From positions 1 to 64,000 of the forward strand of contig CAVZKL010000020.1 in NCBI GenBank assembly GCA_963775895.1: 64,000 nucleotides of DNA, read 5' to 3'. A program made the position numbers and the translations under genes. Below, one piece after another: positions 32,308 through 43,782 of this stretch (position 1 is the stretch's first letter; each line of letters starts with the position of its first letter). Below the pieces are notes generated by a model. That model was not told the DNA's origin. It saw only the letters and a program-made list of their open reading frames with translations, and searched no databases. This DNA is from Candidatus Bathyarchaeota archaeon. GTDB lineage: Archaea; Thermoproteota; Bathyarchaeia; Bathyarchaeales; Bathycorpusculaceae.

Positions 32308-32964
32308 TTACTTTTGCCGTAGGATCGATAGCGAGCAAAGTATATCTTTCTTGATCTTGCCGAATTTGAGATCCTTGATAGAAGTCGGGGCCAAGTATTC
32401 AATCAAGATGGGTATGAATATGAAAACACCCAACGCTCTCGTTAATGCAGCAAAAAATCCGAGCAGTGATGAAAGAAACCAACGATTTTTTCTGGCATAG
32501 TAGAAGCATGCGACAGTTAGAAGAAGGAAAAGACTTTCAGCGTAAAATATCGAAAAGAAGAAAGAAGCCGGAAATATCAGGGCAAAGATAACCGAATTCA
32601 AGGGTATCTTTGTATTTTGGTAGTCTAGTTTGACTAGTCTGAACAGGTAAATCATCGCTAAGAGCAGAGCAACATTGGACAGTGCTATTCCTGTTATCCT
32701 TATGTCTGCAAGAGCAAAAGAAAAAATCTTCACGAGCGAAGGATAAAGAGGGAAGAACGCCACGTTTGATGCTTTTCCTGGAATATAAGAGTAACCATTT
32801 TGAATAATTGAGAGATACCATCCTGAGTCCCATCTGAAAAAGAGGTCAACTATGGATTGCGGATTGCCGTAGAATTCTGATTTTAGAATTACAAGACTTG
32901 ACAGCCAGCCGATGGGAAGAATTAGCAATCTTGAGGAAGTGAAGAAACTGCATATCTCCACCAA
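32308..32964 (-). pseudogene. Second PIG-V-like mannosyltransferase, C-terminally truncated
   Basis: RWDSGWY, AFFPLYP, YAESLF, TRALG, then ends about 150 aa short of its neighbour. Confidence 0.7.
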
Positions 32965-33242
32965 CGATTTGTGTCTTGTAATGGCTCACGGATAGTCATG
33001 ACGGCGCCTTGTTCTAGAACACTTATTTGCTGACTATATAAGACGTGTGAGCTCGATCAAATCGGCACGCTCATGTTCACAAGAATTCAAAAAAGGTATT
33101 TGCCCTGTTGGCGGCGAAGTCTCCACTTCTCCCGCACGATCTTCTTTTTTTGTGTCAACATCCAAGTGCGCCCTGACACTTGTGTAAGAGTCCCTCTGCC
33201 TTCGGGACAGAACAGACAGTCGCAGGTAAAAAAAAAGGGAGA

Positions 33243-36200
33243 CTATTCGTGTTGGTTGAAGTAGGCAACGCATATGGCTATGTCCTTCATGTTGCAGACA
33301 CCGTCGTTGTTCACGTCCGCGTTGGGGTTCCAGTTCGGCGAGCCAGGTCTTGTGTTGAAGACTGCAACCATGTACGCGATGTCTTTCATGTTTGTTACGC
33401 CGTCATAGACTCCTGGCGTTGAGCTCGAGATGTCCCCTGGAACGCCGACGTGAATCGGAGTGTTGGACGTGTAATTGTTGTCTTCCGTGTCTATTTCGCC
33501 CAGCACGGGGTCTGCACTAGAAAAGAGCGTATAGTTGCCGTAGGCAAAATCGGTTGTGGTCCACGAAAAAGTGATGCTTGTTGAGCTTCGATTCGACACG
33601 ATTATGTTTGTGAAGTTGGCAATGTTTATCGCGTTAGAGCAGATTGTGACATTGCAGGTTTCTGTGAAGGTTCCAAGATTGGACAGTTCGGAAGTGATGT
33701 TTGCGGAGTAGCCCTTTCCAACAATGGTCTTAGGAGTATTCACGTTCGTAATTGCAACGTCATGGACGTACGGTACGACTGAGATTACGCGATCGTTTGG
33801 ATTGTATAGTGTGCCGTAGAACGGTTGTCCAACCATAAGAGTGCTTCTAGACACATCAAAAGTTACGTTTCCCTCAGCAAGACCTTTGAATACAAACGTG
33901 ACCAGTGTCGCATTGCCCGTGAAACTTGGAAGCGGGGGGTGGCCCGGAGTATAATCACTAATGCTGGCAGTATCAATGATTATGCTCGTTTGATCGCCAA
34001 GCATCCTTCCAACTCCGTAACTTGTGCTGCTTGATACCCAGCCTGGTATCGGTTCCGCTTGGAAGCTCACTGGAGCTAGAAGGTTGCCGTCATAGAACAG
34101 GCATATTTCGTAGCCTATGAGGCCGGCGACGTTTTGAACTTTTACAGAGACAGTGATCGTGTAGTTGATTTCGACCTGGCGTTTGGAACTCTCCACTACA
34201 AGATCGACGGTTCCCCCATGCTGTGGTTCCTGAGGAAATCCTTGATGGAAGTGTTTCAACCATTTCCGTAATATCCTGCATATTGACTACTCTGTCGCCA
34301 TGGACGTCTGGAGAACCACATCCGTACGTTCCAATCCACTTTGGATCTACTGCTATGCCTGGAATTGGTGCTTTAGCGTTCCAGTGGTCAATGATATACC
34401 ATTCATCGAAGATGTTGACTATCCCGTCTGGAACACCTCTTGTCGCCCCGGTCACGTCTGCCCATGCAGTGTCTTCTTTGAACAAGACGTAGAAGTAGTC
34501 ACCTGGATATAGTGCATCGTAGTACCATCCTTTGACCCAGTAGTTGGCACCATCGTCTGCCTCGTGGGTTGCTATGGGAAGCTTGGGCAATCGTTGTAGT
34601 AGATCAGTGCGAGCTGTTGGTACAGTGCCTGTTTTGCTGGCCCATCTGGTGTCAGCATCGCCTGGTCTACGAGAATGTCCTTCATGGTTCCCCAGCCGTT
34701 TCGAGCGTGTAGCCTTGATTTCTGGCAAATTTGCCACTGCTGTGCATGTAGGGGCGAATGAAGTCGTCTGCATCTGAGAAGTCCGCCATCCGACTTACAT
34801 GTAAACTGGCAACACACGCTCATTCCAAGGCGCATATAGGTGGCATAGCCTATCTCAACCTGACGTTCACTACGGAAAGGCATTGCCAAGTCTGCCGTCA
34901 TAGGTGCTTAGCGGGTAAAAAAGTCCGCGATCATGTTGCACGCTATTCTCTCATCGTTTCCTGGATTGAAAGTTATGGTCAGGGTGAAACCTGTGTTCCA
35001 AACGTTCTGGCCGTCGACGTTGCAGCCTTCAACTCGGCTTCAGCGTTGCTCAGGCTTTCGTCGTAGCCTGGAACGCTGTCGTTGTAGTAGTCTGGGTAAA
35101 GCCGATGCAACGAGTTCTTTCGGTAGTCGGATTCACCGTAGTATGCCTGCTTGACTGTAGTTGACCAGTTGAACGAGTAGGCGAACGCTTTTCTCAGTGA
35201 GTGTTGTTGAAGAAGTCCAGCGGGATGCCGTCTGGGAAGCTTCCCGTTCCAATGTACGTGCTTGAAGGTTGCGATCTTGAACTGGAACTGAACGGTATCG
35301 ACAGTCAGTGCCGGAAATGTTCTTGATTGTCTTTACATTTGGCAGTTGAGGTGGCTGCATTCGTGATGTTGTCAAGCAGCTCAAACATGTTGGATCTTGG
35401 AACCGCGCAAGTGTCGATCGTACCGGCTAGGAAGTCAGCTTTCCTCGTGGTCCAGTCAGAGATGTAGTCAATCTCGACAGTGTCGAGGTACCACGCTGAC
35501 GTATCCGGCGTAGGTTGCGTTCCAGCCCATCCAGAAGTCTGGGTTTCTCTGCATAATCACCTTCAAGTTCACTGGGTCAATCGTCACGATGTGGTAGGGT
35601 CCTGTGCCAACGAATGATGATGGAACCATCTGGTCTGACGGATCGAGCGTAGAGTAGTCGATTCCAAGGCCTTGGCCAGCCCAGTCGATCCACCAGTCTG
35701 GATATGGTCCTCCGTACTTTGTTGTGCTGAACAGGTTTCCGTCCCAGCCGCCGATGGCGATCGTGTTGTTCTTGCTTCCGATGCAGCCCCAAGTGTTCGC
35801 CAATATTTGCTTGAAGGCGTTATCGGGGAAGTGGCAGCCCGTGTTGATCGTCAGGGTGTTGGCGACAGTGTCGGGCACTATTGCAGCGTTGATCATGTTA
35901 GCCAGAACCATCGCTGTACCGTTGGTAAAGCCAGTGTGGTCTGCGAGGTCGAACAGCGGTTTGTCGTACATCCAAATTGGCTGACCTGGCACGTCCATGA
36001 CCAAATACCTCTGCAACGAGTACGCTGCGTCGGTAACGCTGAACTTGCCAACATGGTTGCCGTTGTTGTCGTAGAAGTATATGTCGTGAGTCGTGTCGAT
36101 GTTGAACACGTACTGTCCATGCCACAAGCTGAGCGTTATCGTCGACGTGCCGCTGAGACCGTCAACCGTCCACGTCAAATATCCTGGGCTCAGGGTGATG

Positions 36201-36622
36201 ACGTCACCCTGGTGGAAGCCATCTCCCAGCTCGTCAGTCCAGCTCACCACGGTGTGGGTTGTCGATCCGTCTGTCCACGTGGTACCAGTCGGATCTCCAC
36301 CAAGTATAACCGCTGACGTGTTAGTGACAGTCATTGTTACGCTCTGCAGTGTTGGGATGTTTGTTGCCAGCTGTGGGACGAAGCTGTAGTACTGTTCTCC
36401 GCTGAAGGCGATCAGGTTCTGATAAGTGTTGAATATCAGCTCTCCACTCTGGGTGTCGTAGGCTATGCCTGGGTCAGCATCAACCGGACCCCAACCAATT
36501 GTTCCTTCCCAGAACGTGTTAGTGACGATGGGTGGTTGTCCAGCCGCTTTGGTCGAAGGTGTGAACAACGGAATCAGCAGGCAGAATGTTAGCACTAGCA
36601 ATATTAAAACTTCTTTTTTCAT
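33243..36622 (-). CDS. Family-5 (peptide) ABC solute-binding protein fused to dockerin-like, cohesin-like, CARDB-like and dockerin-like domains; multiple frameshifts 34250-35500
   Basis: Signal peptide, DPGIAYDT.SGELIFN.Y, GTGPY, WVKGWYY; ADVTG..DGIVNIFD; GYEICLFYD; HDVAITNV; GDIS..DGVTNMKD..ADVNNDGVCNMKD. Confidence 0.75.
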
Positions 36623-37045
36623 CTTCCTTTCCCTTCTTTTCTCATTGCACCCTTGGCTAATAATACGGTGCAACGTTCAATGGTTAGAGTGTAGAAGATA
36701 AAAAACTTGCGAAACAAAGTTCTGTAGTGTGCGAAGTTTACCTGCTCTCTTTCGTGTCACAGTGCCTAAAGAAAGATAATCAAGGTTTTCAAGAGATCCA
36801 AAAACCTCTTTGGCCTTGGAACTTATGGGTCCATTTCCATGATTCTTAAGGCCAAGTTGAAAGAAAAGACTGTCTTAGATTAAATGTACCTTCAATCTCC
36901 ATACCCAATTGAGGCCTTCGATCTGTTCAGTCTGCTCAAAAAGAGGAAAAAAACAGGAAATTTGGGACTTGCCAGTTTCCAGCTTGAAGCGTCATAGGTT
37001 TGACTTGCGATATTAAGTGCTTGACGCCGCGTTGCTATTTTGACT

Positions 37046-37534
37046 CTAATACGTTATTGTCCCGTCAAGTCTAAGATCGGCGGTGTTGTCAAAGTACTGC
37101 ATGCCCGAAGCGATTCCATCCCCTACCGCGTTTTCAAATCTTCCGGTCCCGCCATTAATCGTGAAGTACCCGTGTATTTCGAACCCAACCGATGTGGGAA
37201 CCATCGAACCGTAATATCCTCCTTCTACAGTGTCACCGTTTGCTGAAGTCCATACCCACTCTCCTCCATAGAAGGTCATAGTTGTGAGATCGACGAAGTG
37301 GTGCTGCCAAATGCTTATGTTGCCCATATGCGTCGCATGCCCGTTTCCAGAGATGAATATTTCCAAGATCGGTGGAGGACTTACGGCGACAGCGTAGGCC
37401 TTGGCGGTGGCTTTGAAGGGCACGAAACGGATTTCCATTCGTGCAGTAACAATAGCTGAAGTTGCCGAGAACACTAGAATTGTTGCAAATAGAACCATGA
37501 GGATTCGGCGGCCTCTATTGCTGAAAATCTTCAT
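37046..37534 (-). CDS. Secreted hypothetical protein (beta-barrel-like)
   Basis: Signal peptide; G.ATHMG, ANGDT, GGTGRFENA.G; GGAGGTG RBS. Confidence 0.75.
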   Translation of the reverse strand: MKIFSNRGRRILMVLFATILVFSATSAIVTARMEIRFVPFKATAKAYAVAVSPPPILEIFISGNGHATHMGNISIWQHHFVDLTTMTFYGGEWVWTSANGDTVEGGYYGSMVPTSVGFEIHGYFTINGGTGRFENAVGDGIASGMQYFDNTADLRLDGTITY

Positions 37535-37771
37535 TTTCCTTCACACCTCCTGACCCCTTCTTCACGCAGTTGACTTGTAACACAAAATGCGAATAATAGA
37601 TTTGTGGAAGTAAGTTCTATAAGCACAAGATCTTTCATTTGAAACGAGCTTAAACATTCACGTGTAAGTCTAATGTGTGCACATTCTTATCGATTGTGGA
37701 AAAACATTTGAGCGCGCGCTAAGGTGATTTTTTCTGAATTTTAGATTTTTTTTCGACACTTCACAATTAGC

Positions 37772-38404
37772 TCATAGCGCGCGCGATTTTGTTTGTATTT
37801 CTCGGCGTGTAACTAGATGCCAACTAAATCCAGCGAGCCACATGAGCGCTGGGTAGACGATCATATGTTCCATCCCACCAGGGCCTAAACCCATGTAGAA
37901 ATCGCTGTCATACGCAATGTCACTGGTTAATGAGCCGCTTGTGATCATACCACTTGAGAAGAGAACTAATGCTCCAAGCGTCATCGTCCCTAGTATTATG
38001 CTCATCAGAGATGATGGCATTTTCAGCACTTTAAGTGATGATATGGCTGACAACCCAGCGAAAAAGAAAGTCATTGTAGTCACCGCACCGTGAGCGGTTC
38101 TATAATCTTTAGTGAAGACGCCGACACCCATTGCTCCTAAGGCCGATAGGAAGAGCAGCATGTTAACGGTTTTGAAGTCAGAGACGGTCCTTAGACAGTA
38201 CGTTCCAATGAGTAATAATAGTCCTAGAAGAAAGGCAGATGAGTTGAAAATTATAGAGGATGGTCCGATTCCAAGGTCGCTTATGTAATTGGCAGACACG
38301 CTGTAGCCAGGATACAACGCCTCTGAAATGCTAAGACCTAGGACGAACTGTGTGGCTGCGATAAAGAAGAGCAATCCCGCCACTTTTTCTCTTGAAAATG
38401 CCAT
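37772..38404 (-). CDS. DUF998 family membrane protein
   Basis: YPGYSVSANYISDLG, FN, GVGVF, H, G.GGME. Confidence 0.85.
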   Translation of the reverse strand: MAFSREKVAGLLFFIAATQFVLGLSISEALYPGYSVSANYISDLGIGPSSIIFNSSAFLLGLLLLIGTYCLRTVSDFKTVNMLLFLSALGAMGVGVFTKDYRTAHGAVTTMTFFFAGLSAISSLKVLKMPSSLMSIILGTMTLGALVLFSSGMITSGSLTSDIAYDSDFYMGLGPGGMEHMIVYPALMWLAGFSWHLVTRREIQTKSRAL

Positions 38405-38536
38405 GCGTTGCAATGTCGCCACTTGAAAGATAAAACTTTACCCCAACCAACCAACATAAAGCAGTCCGTCCTTGGGTAGCGAGCTTTAACTCAACGGTTT
38501 CTCATAAGACTCAGCTGGTGAGAGTCGAAATAATCA

Positions 38537-38631
38537 TGGCGCCTATGATGACATCACGTCAGTATGAAGGGATCTAAGTTCGGTTCTTATTTCCCAAGAT
38601 GATCTGACATCAAATTGATTCTGAGGCGCCA
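38537..38631 (+). ncRNA. Candidate C/D-box (kink-turn) sRNA
   Basis: C box ATGATGA 38545-38551, D box CTGA 38621-38624, closed by 7-bp stem TGGCGCC/GGCGCCA; internal hairpin GGGA..TAAG/CTTA..TCCC. Confidence 0.6.
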
Positions 38632-38823
38632 CAACACCAACTTCTAAAGTAGCCTCACAATGAGCTTGCAGAACAACTGAAAGAAGAGAAAAAGGGTAAA
38701 GTTCTAGCCCAAACCCAACACGGTGTAGTGAGTCGCAAGATTTAAATAGCGCGCACACGCTCTCTCGACAATTCATGAGCATTGTCAATCTATCTAATCT
38801 ATATTTGACGGGGGTGAAAGCGA

Positions 38824-38898
38824 ATGATGTTTGAGGAAGATTGGGAAGAAGAAGAGGAAGAGGGAGAGGAAGAGGAAGATTGGGAAGAAGAAGAATGA
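38824..38898 (+). CDS. 24-aa hyperacidic micropeptide MMFEEDWEEEEEEGEEEEDWEEEE (not in ORF track)
   Basis: GGGGTGA RBS about 6 nt upstream; clean ATG..TGA; internal EEDWEEEE duplication. Confidence 0.6.
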   Translation: MMFEEDWEEEEEEGEEEEDWEEEE

Positions 38899-39301
38899 TA
38901 GGATCAAGATTGTCGTGGTAGCGCGCGTTTGCTTGGAAAATATAATTAGTCTATCGCGATTTTGTAAACGTGTTTATTCCGTGTCTATTAGGGGTTTATT
39001 GTACGTATGTATCATCAAAAATAGTGGCAAAAACACTCAAAAAACGCGGTTTTTCCGCATTATTTGACTAATTTTCTTGATTATTCTCCTTATTTTCAGG
39101 AAATCTTTGACTTGTTTTTCTTGTTTGCCTAGGCGGAAAACAATTCTGGGCGAAGGTTTCTCTCGCTTAAACGACACTCGCAACGTAGAACATCCTTTAA
39201 TGCATTGCATCAGAAACCATTTGTTTAATCCTTTATCGTGAGACTGGAGAGCAACCCATGCAACTACACACATGTTTTCAGACCAAGACACCGCGCGCGT
39301 T

Positions 39302-39999
39302 GGGGTAAAGTTTTATCCACCTCAAATATCATAAACGCTTATTATGATTTGAAAGCAGATCAAGAATACGGTGCGAGAATATGTACCAACCCTCAGGGAG
39401 TTCATGGAAGTATATCGTCAGTCTGACCTTCGCTTTGTTTATGGTTTTGCTGATCTTGGGTGCCGTGAATCTAGTTTTCCTATTTCAGATAGAGGGCAAG
39501 TTGGATACAACTATTAGCCGCTTGAATACAACTGTAAGCAACGGGCTTGCTGGTTCACGCTTAGTGATGATTTGGAATAATTCTGATGTTGGCTTCGCTA
39601 GTCCCGAGGAAATTGGACATACTAACTACTTGCCTGCTCGGTTCTCTTATGATGTTACTGGATTCCGCAAGATCTATATTTACTACTGGGTTGCTTCAGG
39701 CAGCAGCCTCTCTATTTGGGATGTAAGCTTTTCAACTGCCGCCTTTCAAAAGTATGTTACATCGTTCACCATTTCGTCGACCGACATACGTGTTCTGGAG
39801 CTTGATGCCCAAGCCACCTACTTGAATGTAAGTCTCTCTAGCTATGCTGGGGGGATTGAGGGATACCTTTCACTCTACCTCTACTTGGTTTGAAACAAGA
39901 CTGGAGTCTGAATGCTAGCTGTTCTATGTCGTCGTGGTTGGCGTGGTCGTGGTAGTCCGTCGTCGTCCCTGGTTGGTTGGTTGGATAAAACTTTACCCC
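39302..39999. repeat. Perfect 18-bp inverted repeats GGGGTAAAGTTTTATCCA flanking one ORF
   Basis: 39302-39319 and reverse complement 39982-39999; further copies at 38429-38445 (-), 1707-1724 (variant) and 38694-38710 (degenerate). Confidence 0.85.
39381..39893 (+). CDS. Membrane-anchored hypothetical protein
   Basis: N-terminal TM, short coiled segment, beta-rich C-domain. Confidence 0.7.
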   Translation: MYQPSGSSWKYIVSLTFALFMVLLILGAVNLVFLFQIEGKLDTTISRLNTTVSNGLAGSRLVMIWNNSDVGFASPEEIGHTNYLPARFSYDVTGFRKIYIYYWVASGSSLSIWDVSFSTAAFQKYVTSFTISSTDIRVLELDAQATYLNVSLSSYAGGIEGYLSLYLYLV

Positions 40000-40050
40000 C
40001 AAACACACACATGAGAATAAAAAAAGGGGGGAAGATTCCCAACGGTTGAT

Positions 40051-40260
40051 CTATGGTTCTCTTTTGACTACAAAGGCGATTTTGACAACGGCACGGTATT
40101 CCACGATCTTGTTCTTCTCTATTTTTGCTGTGCAGCGCTTTACATAAACAGACTTTATGCCCCTAACCGTCTTGGCAGCTTCAGTAATTGCATTCTTTGT
40201 GGCGTCTTCCCAGCTTTTTGGTGAGCTACCTATCAACTCGACTACTTTTGCAACTGTCAT
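40051..40260 (-). CDS. Dodecin family protein
   Basis: MTVAKVVELIGSSPKSWEDATKNAI.EA.KTVRGI...IVEYRAVVKIAF. Confidence 0.92.
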   Translation of the reverse strand: MTVAKVVELIGSSPKSWEDATKNAITEAAKTVRGIKSVYVKRCTAKIEKNKIVEYRAVVKIAFVVKREP

Positions 40261-40420
40261 TTTGTCCAGGCTTCCTAATCCATAACTAGCAATGTTCCTT
40301 ATTATTTTGTTGCCACGCAAAAGCGCGCAAACCGTCACTGTCGATTGATTAAAATAGGTTTTCAGAGAAATAAGACCAATGTGAGAGGGGGGTGAAAAAT
40401 CGACAATCACGACAGTAGAA

Positions 40421-40600
40421 TTGGACTTGGATCGAATGGAGAAAATGAAGCAACAAGTCTTGAAAACCATTCAAAAAATCGTGGATGAATATGGAAACGT
40501 GTCTGCAATAGAATTGGAGTTGGCGTTGATAGAAGGACTTGCAAAAGTGAGAGAAATCGGTATGAAACAAACGCAAGAAGAAGATGAGAGTGTCGTCTAG
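40421..40600 (+). CDS. About 59-aa helical hypothetical protein (start uncertain; not in ORF track)
   Basis: Open frame LDLDRMEKMKQQVLKTIQKIVDEYGNVSAIELELALIEGLAKVREIGMKQTQEEDESVV*; GGGGTGA RBS at about 40389. Confidence 0.5.
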   Translation: MDLDRMEKMKQQVLKTIQKIVDEYGNVSAIELELALIEGLAKVREIGMKQTQEEDESVV

Positions 40601-40718
40601 AAAAAGCGCGCGCTCTAATGACCGTGAAAAGTAGCACGATATATGCCAATATTAATTCAAAAAGGTTATATTGAGCCACAACCACTCTGGGGTATTTGCG
40701 GGTGTAATGTGATGCAAG

Positions 40719-43700
40719 GTGACCGCCAAATTCAAAACTAGTTCTGAGAAGAGCCTTACCGTAGAGTATAACCCGCTTGAACTTGAAGAAGAAATACGTC
40801 GATTCTGGGAGCAAAATCGAACACTTCAGAAGCTGGCCCAGTCCAAGGAAAAAAGCAACCGAGGCCTCTTGGGTTTCGTTGAAGGACCTCCAACGTTGAA
40901 CGGTATACCCCACGTTGGCCATGCTAGGGGGCGTGTGATGAAGGATCTACGCTACCGTTGGAAGACGATGCAAGGGTATTACATGCCCTTCTGGGCCGGA
41001 TGGGACTGCCAAGGACTGCCAGTCGAGTTGGAAGTTGAGAAGCAGCTGGGTGTCAAGAACAAGCGGGAACTTCTTGAAAGAGTCGGTGAGGAACGTTTCG
41101 TAGAAGAGTGCAAGAAAGCTATAATGAAATACCACAAGATGTGGGTAGACCTCGACCACAAACTCGGCCTTTTCATCGACCACGAAAAAGCGTACTGGAC
41201 GTACCACGACTCGTACATAGAGAGAGAATGGCAAATCCTCAAACGAGCTTGGGATCAAGACCTGCTTGAAGAAGGGCACTACGTAGTCGCATATTGCCCA
41301 GGATGTCAAACAAGCCTGAGCAACGCAGAAGTCGGTTACGAAGACTCATACGCGCAGGTTGAAGACCCGAGTCTCTATTTCAAGTTCAAGCTTGCCGACG
41401 CGAAGAACGAGTATTTCCTGGTTTGGACAACTATGCCGTTCACGCTCATCACGGACACGATGCTTGCAGTTCGCCCGGAAGCCGAATACGCAAAGGTGCA
41501 AGTCGGCGACGAAGTGTGGATCTTGGTGAGCCCACGCGTCGAACCGGTCATGAAGGAGCTTGGAATAGAAAAGTACAAGACAGTGGAAACTCTCAGCGGC
41601 AAGAGTCTGGAGAACACGAGGTACGAGTTTCCGTTCAAAGACTTGGTCCCGAGACAAGCAGAACTCGAGAAGAGCAACCCGCTCGTTCACAGAGTCATAA
41701 GTGAAGATTTTGTCGACGTTGAAACGGCTACAGGAATAGTTCACCTTTCGCCCGGAAACGGTGAGGAAGACTTCTTTGCCGCGATGAAACGACAGGTGCC
41801 GATATTCGCACCCTTCGACGACGAAGTCAAGTTCACGGCTGAAGGGGGAAAATTCTGCGGGGTGTTCGCGAGGGACGCTGACAAATTGGTGGTCGAAGAA
41901 CTTCGAAGCAGAGGGTTGCTGGTCGAAGTGAAACCAGTGAAACACGAATATCCAACGTGTTGGCGTTCGCACCACAAACTCGTGTGGCTGGCAAGAAAGG
42001 AGTACTTCCTGAGAACAGACAAGATAAACAGCAGAGTCCTCGAAGCGGCCGAGAAAGTCGCATACTTCTACGATGAAACCAAGAACAGGTTTCTGAGCTT
42101 CCTGAAGGAAGGCAAACCCTGGTGCATATCCAGGGAGCGCGTCTGGGGAGCACCGTTGCCGATATGGAAATGCAAGGAGTGCGGAGCAAAAACCCTGGTT
42201 GCAAGCAAGAAAGAACTCCTCGAAAGAGCAATGGAAAAACCAAAGGGAGATTTCGAGCTTCACAAACCGTGGGTTGACCGCATAACGCTGAGATGCGAAA
42301 AATGCGGAGGCACGATGTACAGAGAAGACTTCGTGCTTGACACTTGGCACAACAGCGGCGCCTCACCGTACGCAAGGTTCACCGATGAAGAAACGGCGAA
42401 GTATGTGCCCGTTGACTTTCTCACGGAAGGCGTCGACCAGACTCGAGGATGGGCCAACACGCTCCTGCTTGAACACGTGATACTCACTGGAAAACCTGAG
42501 GCTCCGTACAGGGCGTTTCTGTTTCAAGGACTCGCGCAGGATGCAAGAGGCAGAAAGATGAGCAAGAGCCTCGGAAACGTCATCGAGGCAAACAGGCTCC
42601 TCGAAAAATACTCGGCAGATGTGTGCAGATTCTACAGCCTTCGCAAGTGTTCGCCGATAGACTTCATAAACTTCGACCCCGGCGAATTGGGTCGTCGAAC
42701 TTACCAAGTGCTCTCAACCCTGTACCACCTGAACAGGTTCTTTGTGCAAAACGCGGAGTTCGACAATTTTGACCCGCGTAAACACACGCTCGAATGGGCT
42801 CGGGAGGGAAAGCAGCTCAAGAGCCCTGATTCATGGCTGTTGTCGAAGCTTCAAGAAACAATGGAGACTTACACGAGCAAGCTGGAGACCTGTGAATTCA
42901 ACGTCGCCGTCGCAGGTCTAGAAGATTTCGTCATAGAGACTCTCAGCAGGCTCTACGTTCCTATGGTTCGAAAAGAACTGTGGACCGACGATCCTGCGAT
43001 GCTTGACAGACGGCTCGCAGTTTACGCAACGCTCTGGCACACTCTCAGAACGATGGCGCTTCTGTTCAACCCGGTCACACCGTACTTGAGCGAGGCTCTG
43101 CATCAGAAAGTCTACAGACAACTGGACCCGACCCTGCCCGAGACAGTGAACCTTGAAGAGTGGCCGAAACCTGAGGAGAAACTGAAAAACAAGAGCGTGG
43201 AGGAAGATTTTCAAACATTGTTCAAATGTGTGTCGCTGGTTTACGCGGCTAGACAAAGAGCGGGACTGAAAAGAAGATGGCCCCTCAGCAAAGTGCTCGT
43301 AGTAGCACCTGAAGAAGTGTTGACCGCTTTGAGGAATGTGGAAGAACTTGTTCCTTGAACTCGTAAACGTCAAGACCGCAGAGTTCGCGACGGAGAGAAC
43401 TAAACAGCAAGGGAACCTTGACGGCTGGGCACCCGCTTCTGAAGGATGCATAGAGGTTTTCCTGGACGTGCGCCGAGATGAGACTTTGCTGGGCGCCGGC
43501 CTCATGCGTGACCTGGCCCGCAGAGTGCAAGCGTTGAGGAAGGAGTTGGGATACGTGCCGACCGACGTTCTGGAAGCCGTGTTCATATCTGACCTCGACG
43601 AGGAAAGCATAAAGCTACTCAGACCTTTCGTGGCGGAAATGAAAGAACTCGTCCGCGCAAGAAATGTGCATCTGCAGAAAGGCCGCGAACAGAAAGATGC

Positions 43701-43764
43701 CGAATGGCACGAATCTCAATTAGATGATAAAAAAGTGGCAATAGCCATCCTCGGCAGAAAATAG
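40719..43764 (+). CDS. ileS: Isoleucine--tRNA ligase (frameshift near 43350)
   Basis: EGPPTLNG.PHVGH, GWDCQGLP, WTTMPFTL, WCISRER.WG, EGVDQTRGW, KMSKS; C-terminus continues ELVNVK..RDLARRVQ.LRK. Confidence 0.95.
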
Positions 43765-43782
43765 AAGCAAGATAACTCTGAA

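Noticed and set aside
38831-39067. Lys/Arg-rich ORF from the track
   Set aside because: It is an alternative frame of the purine-rich tract; the RBS spacing fits the acidic peptide at 38824.
38940-39290. Replication origin in the AT-rich spacer
   Set aside because: No ORB-like repeats recognised and no cdc6/orc1 nearby.
41346-42375. Long antisense or shadow ORFs (also 19520..20191, 35672..36316, 46688..47428, 49035..49652)
   Set aside because: They overlap well-supported genes or the att region and show no motifs of their own.
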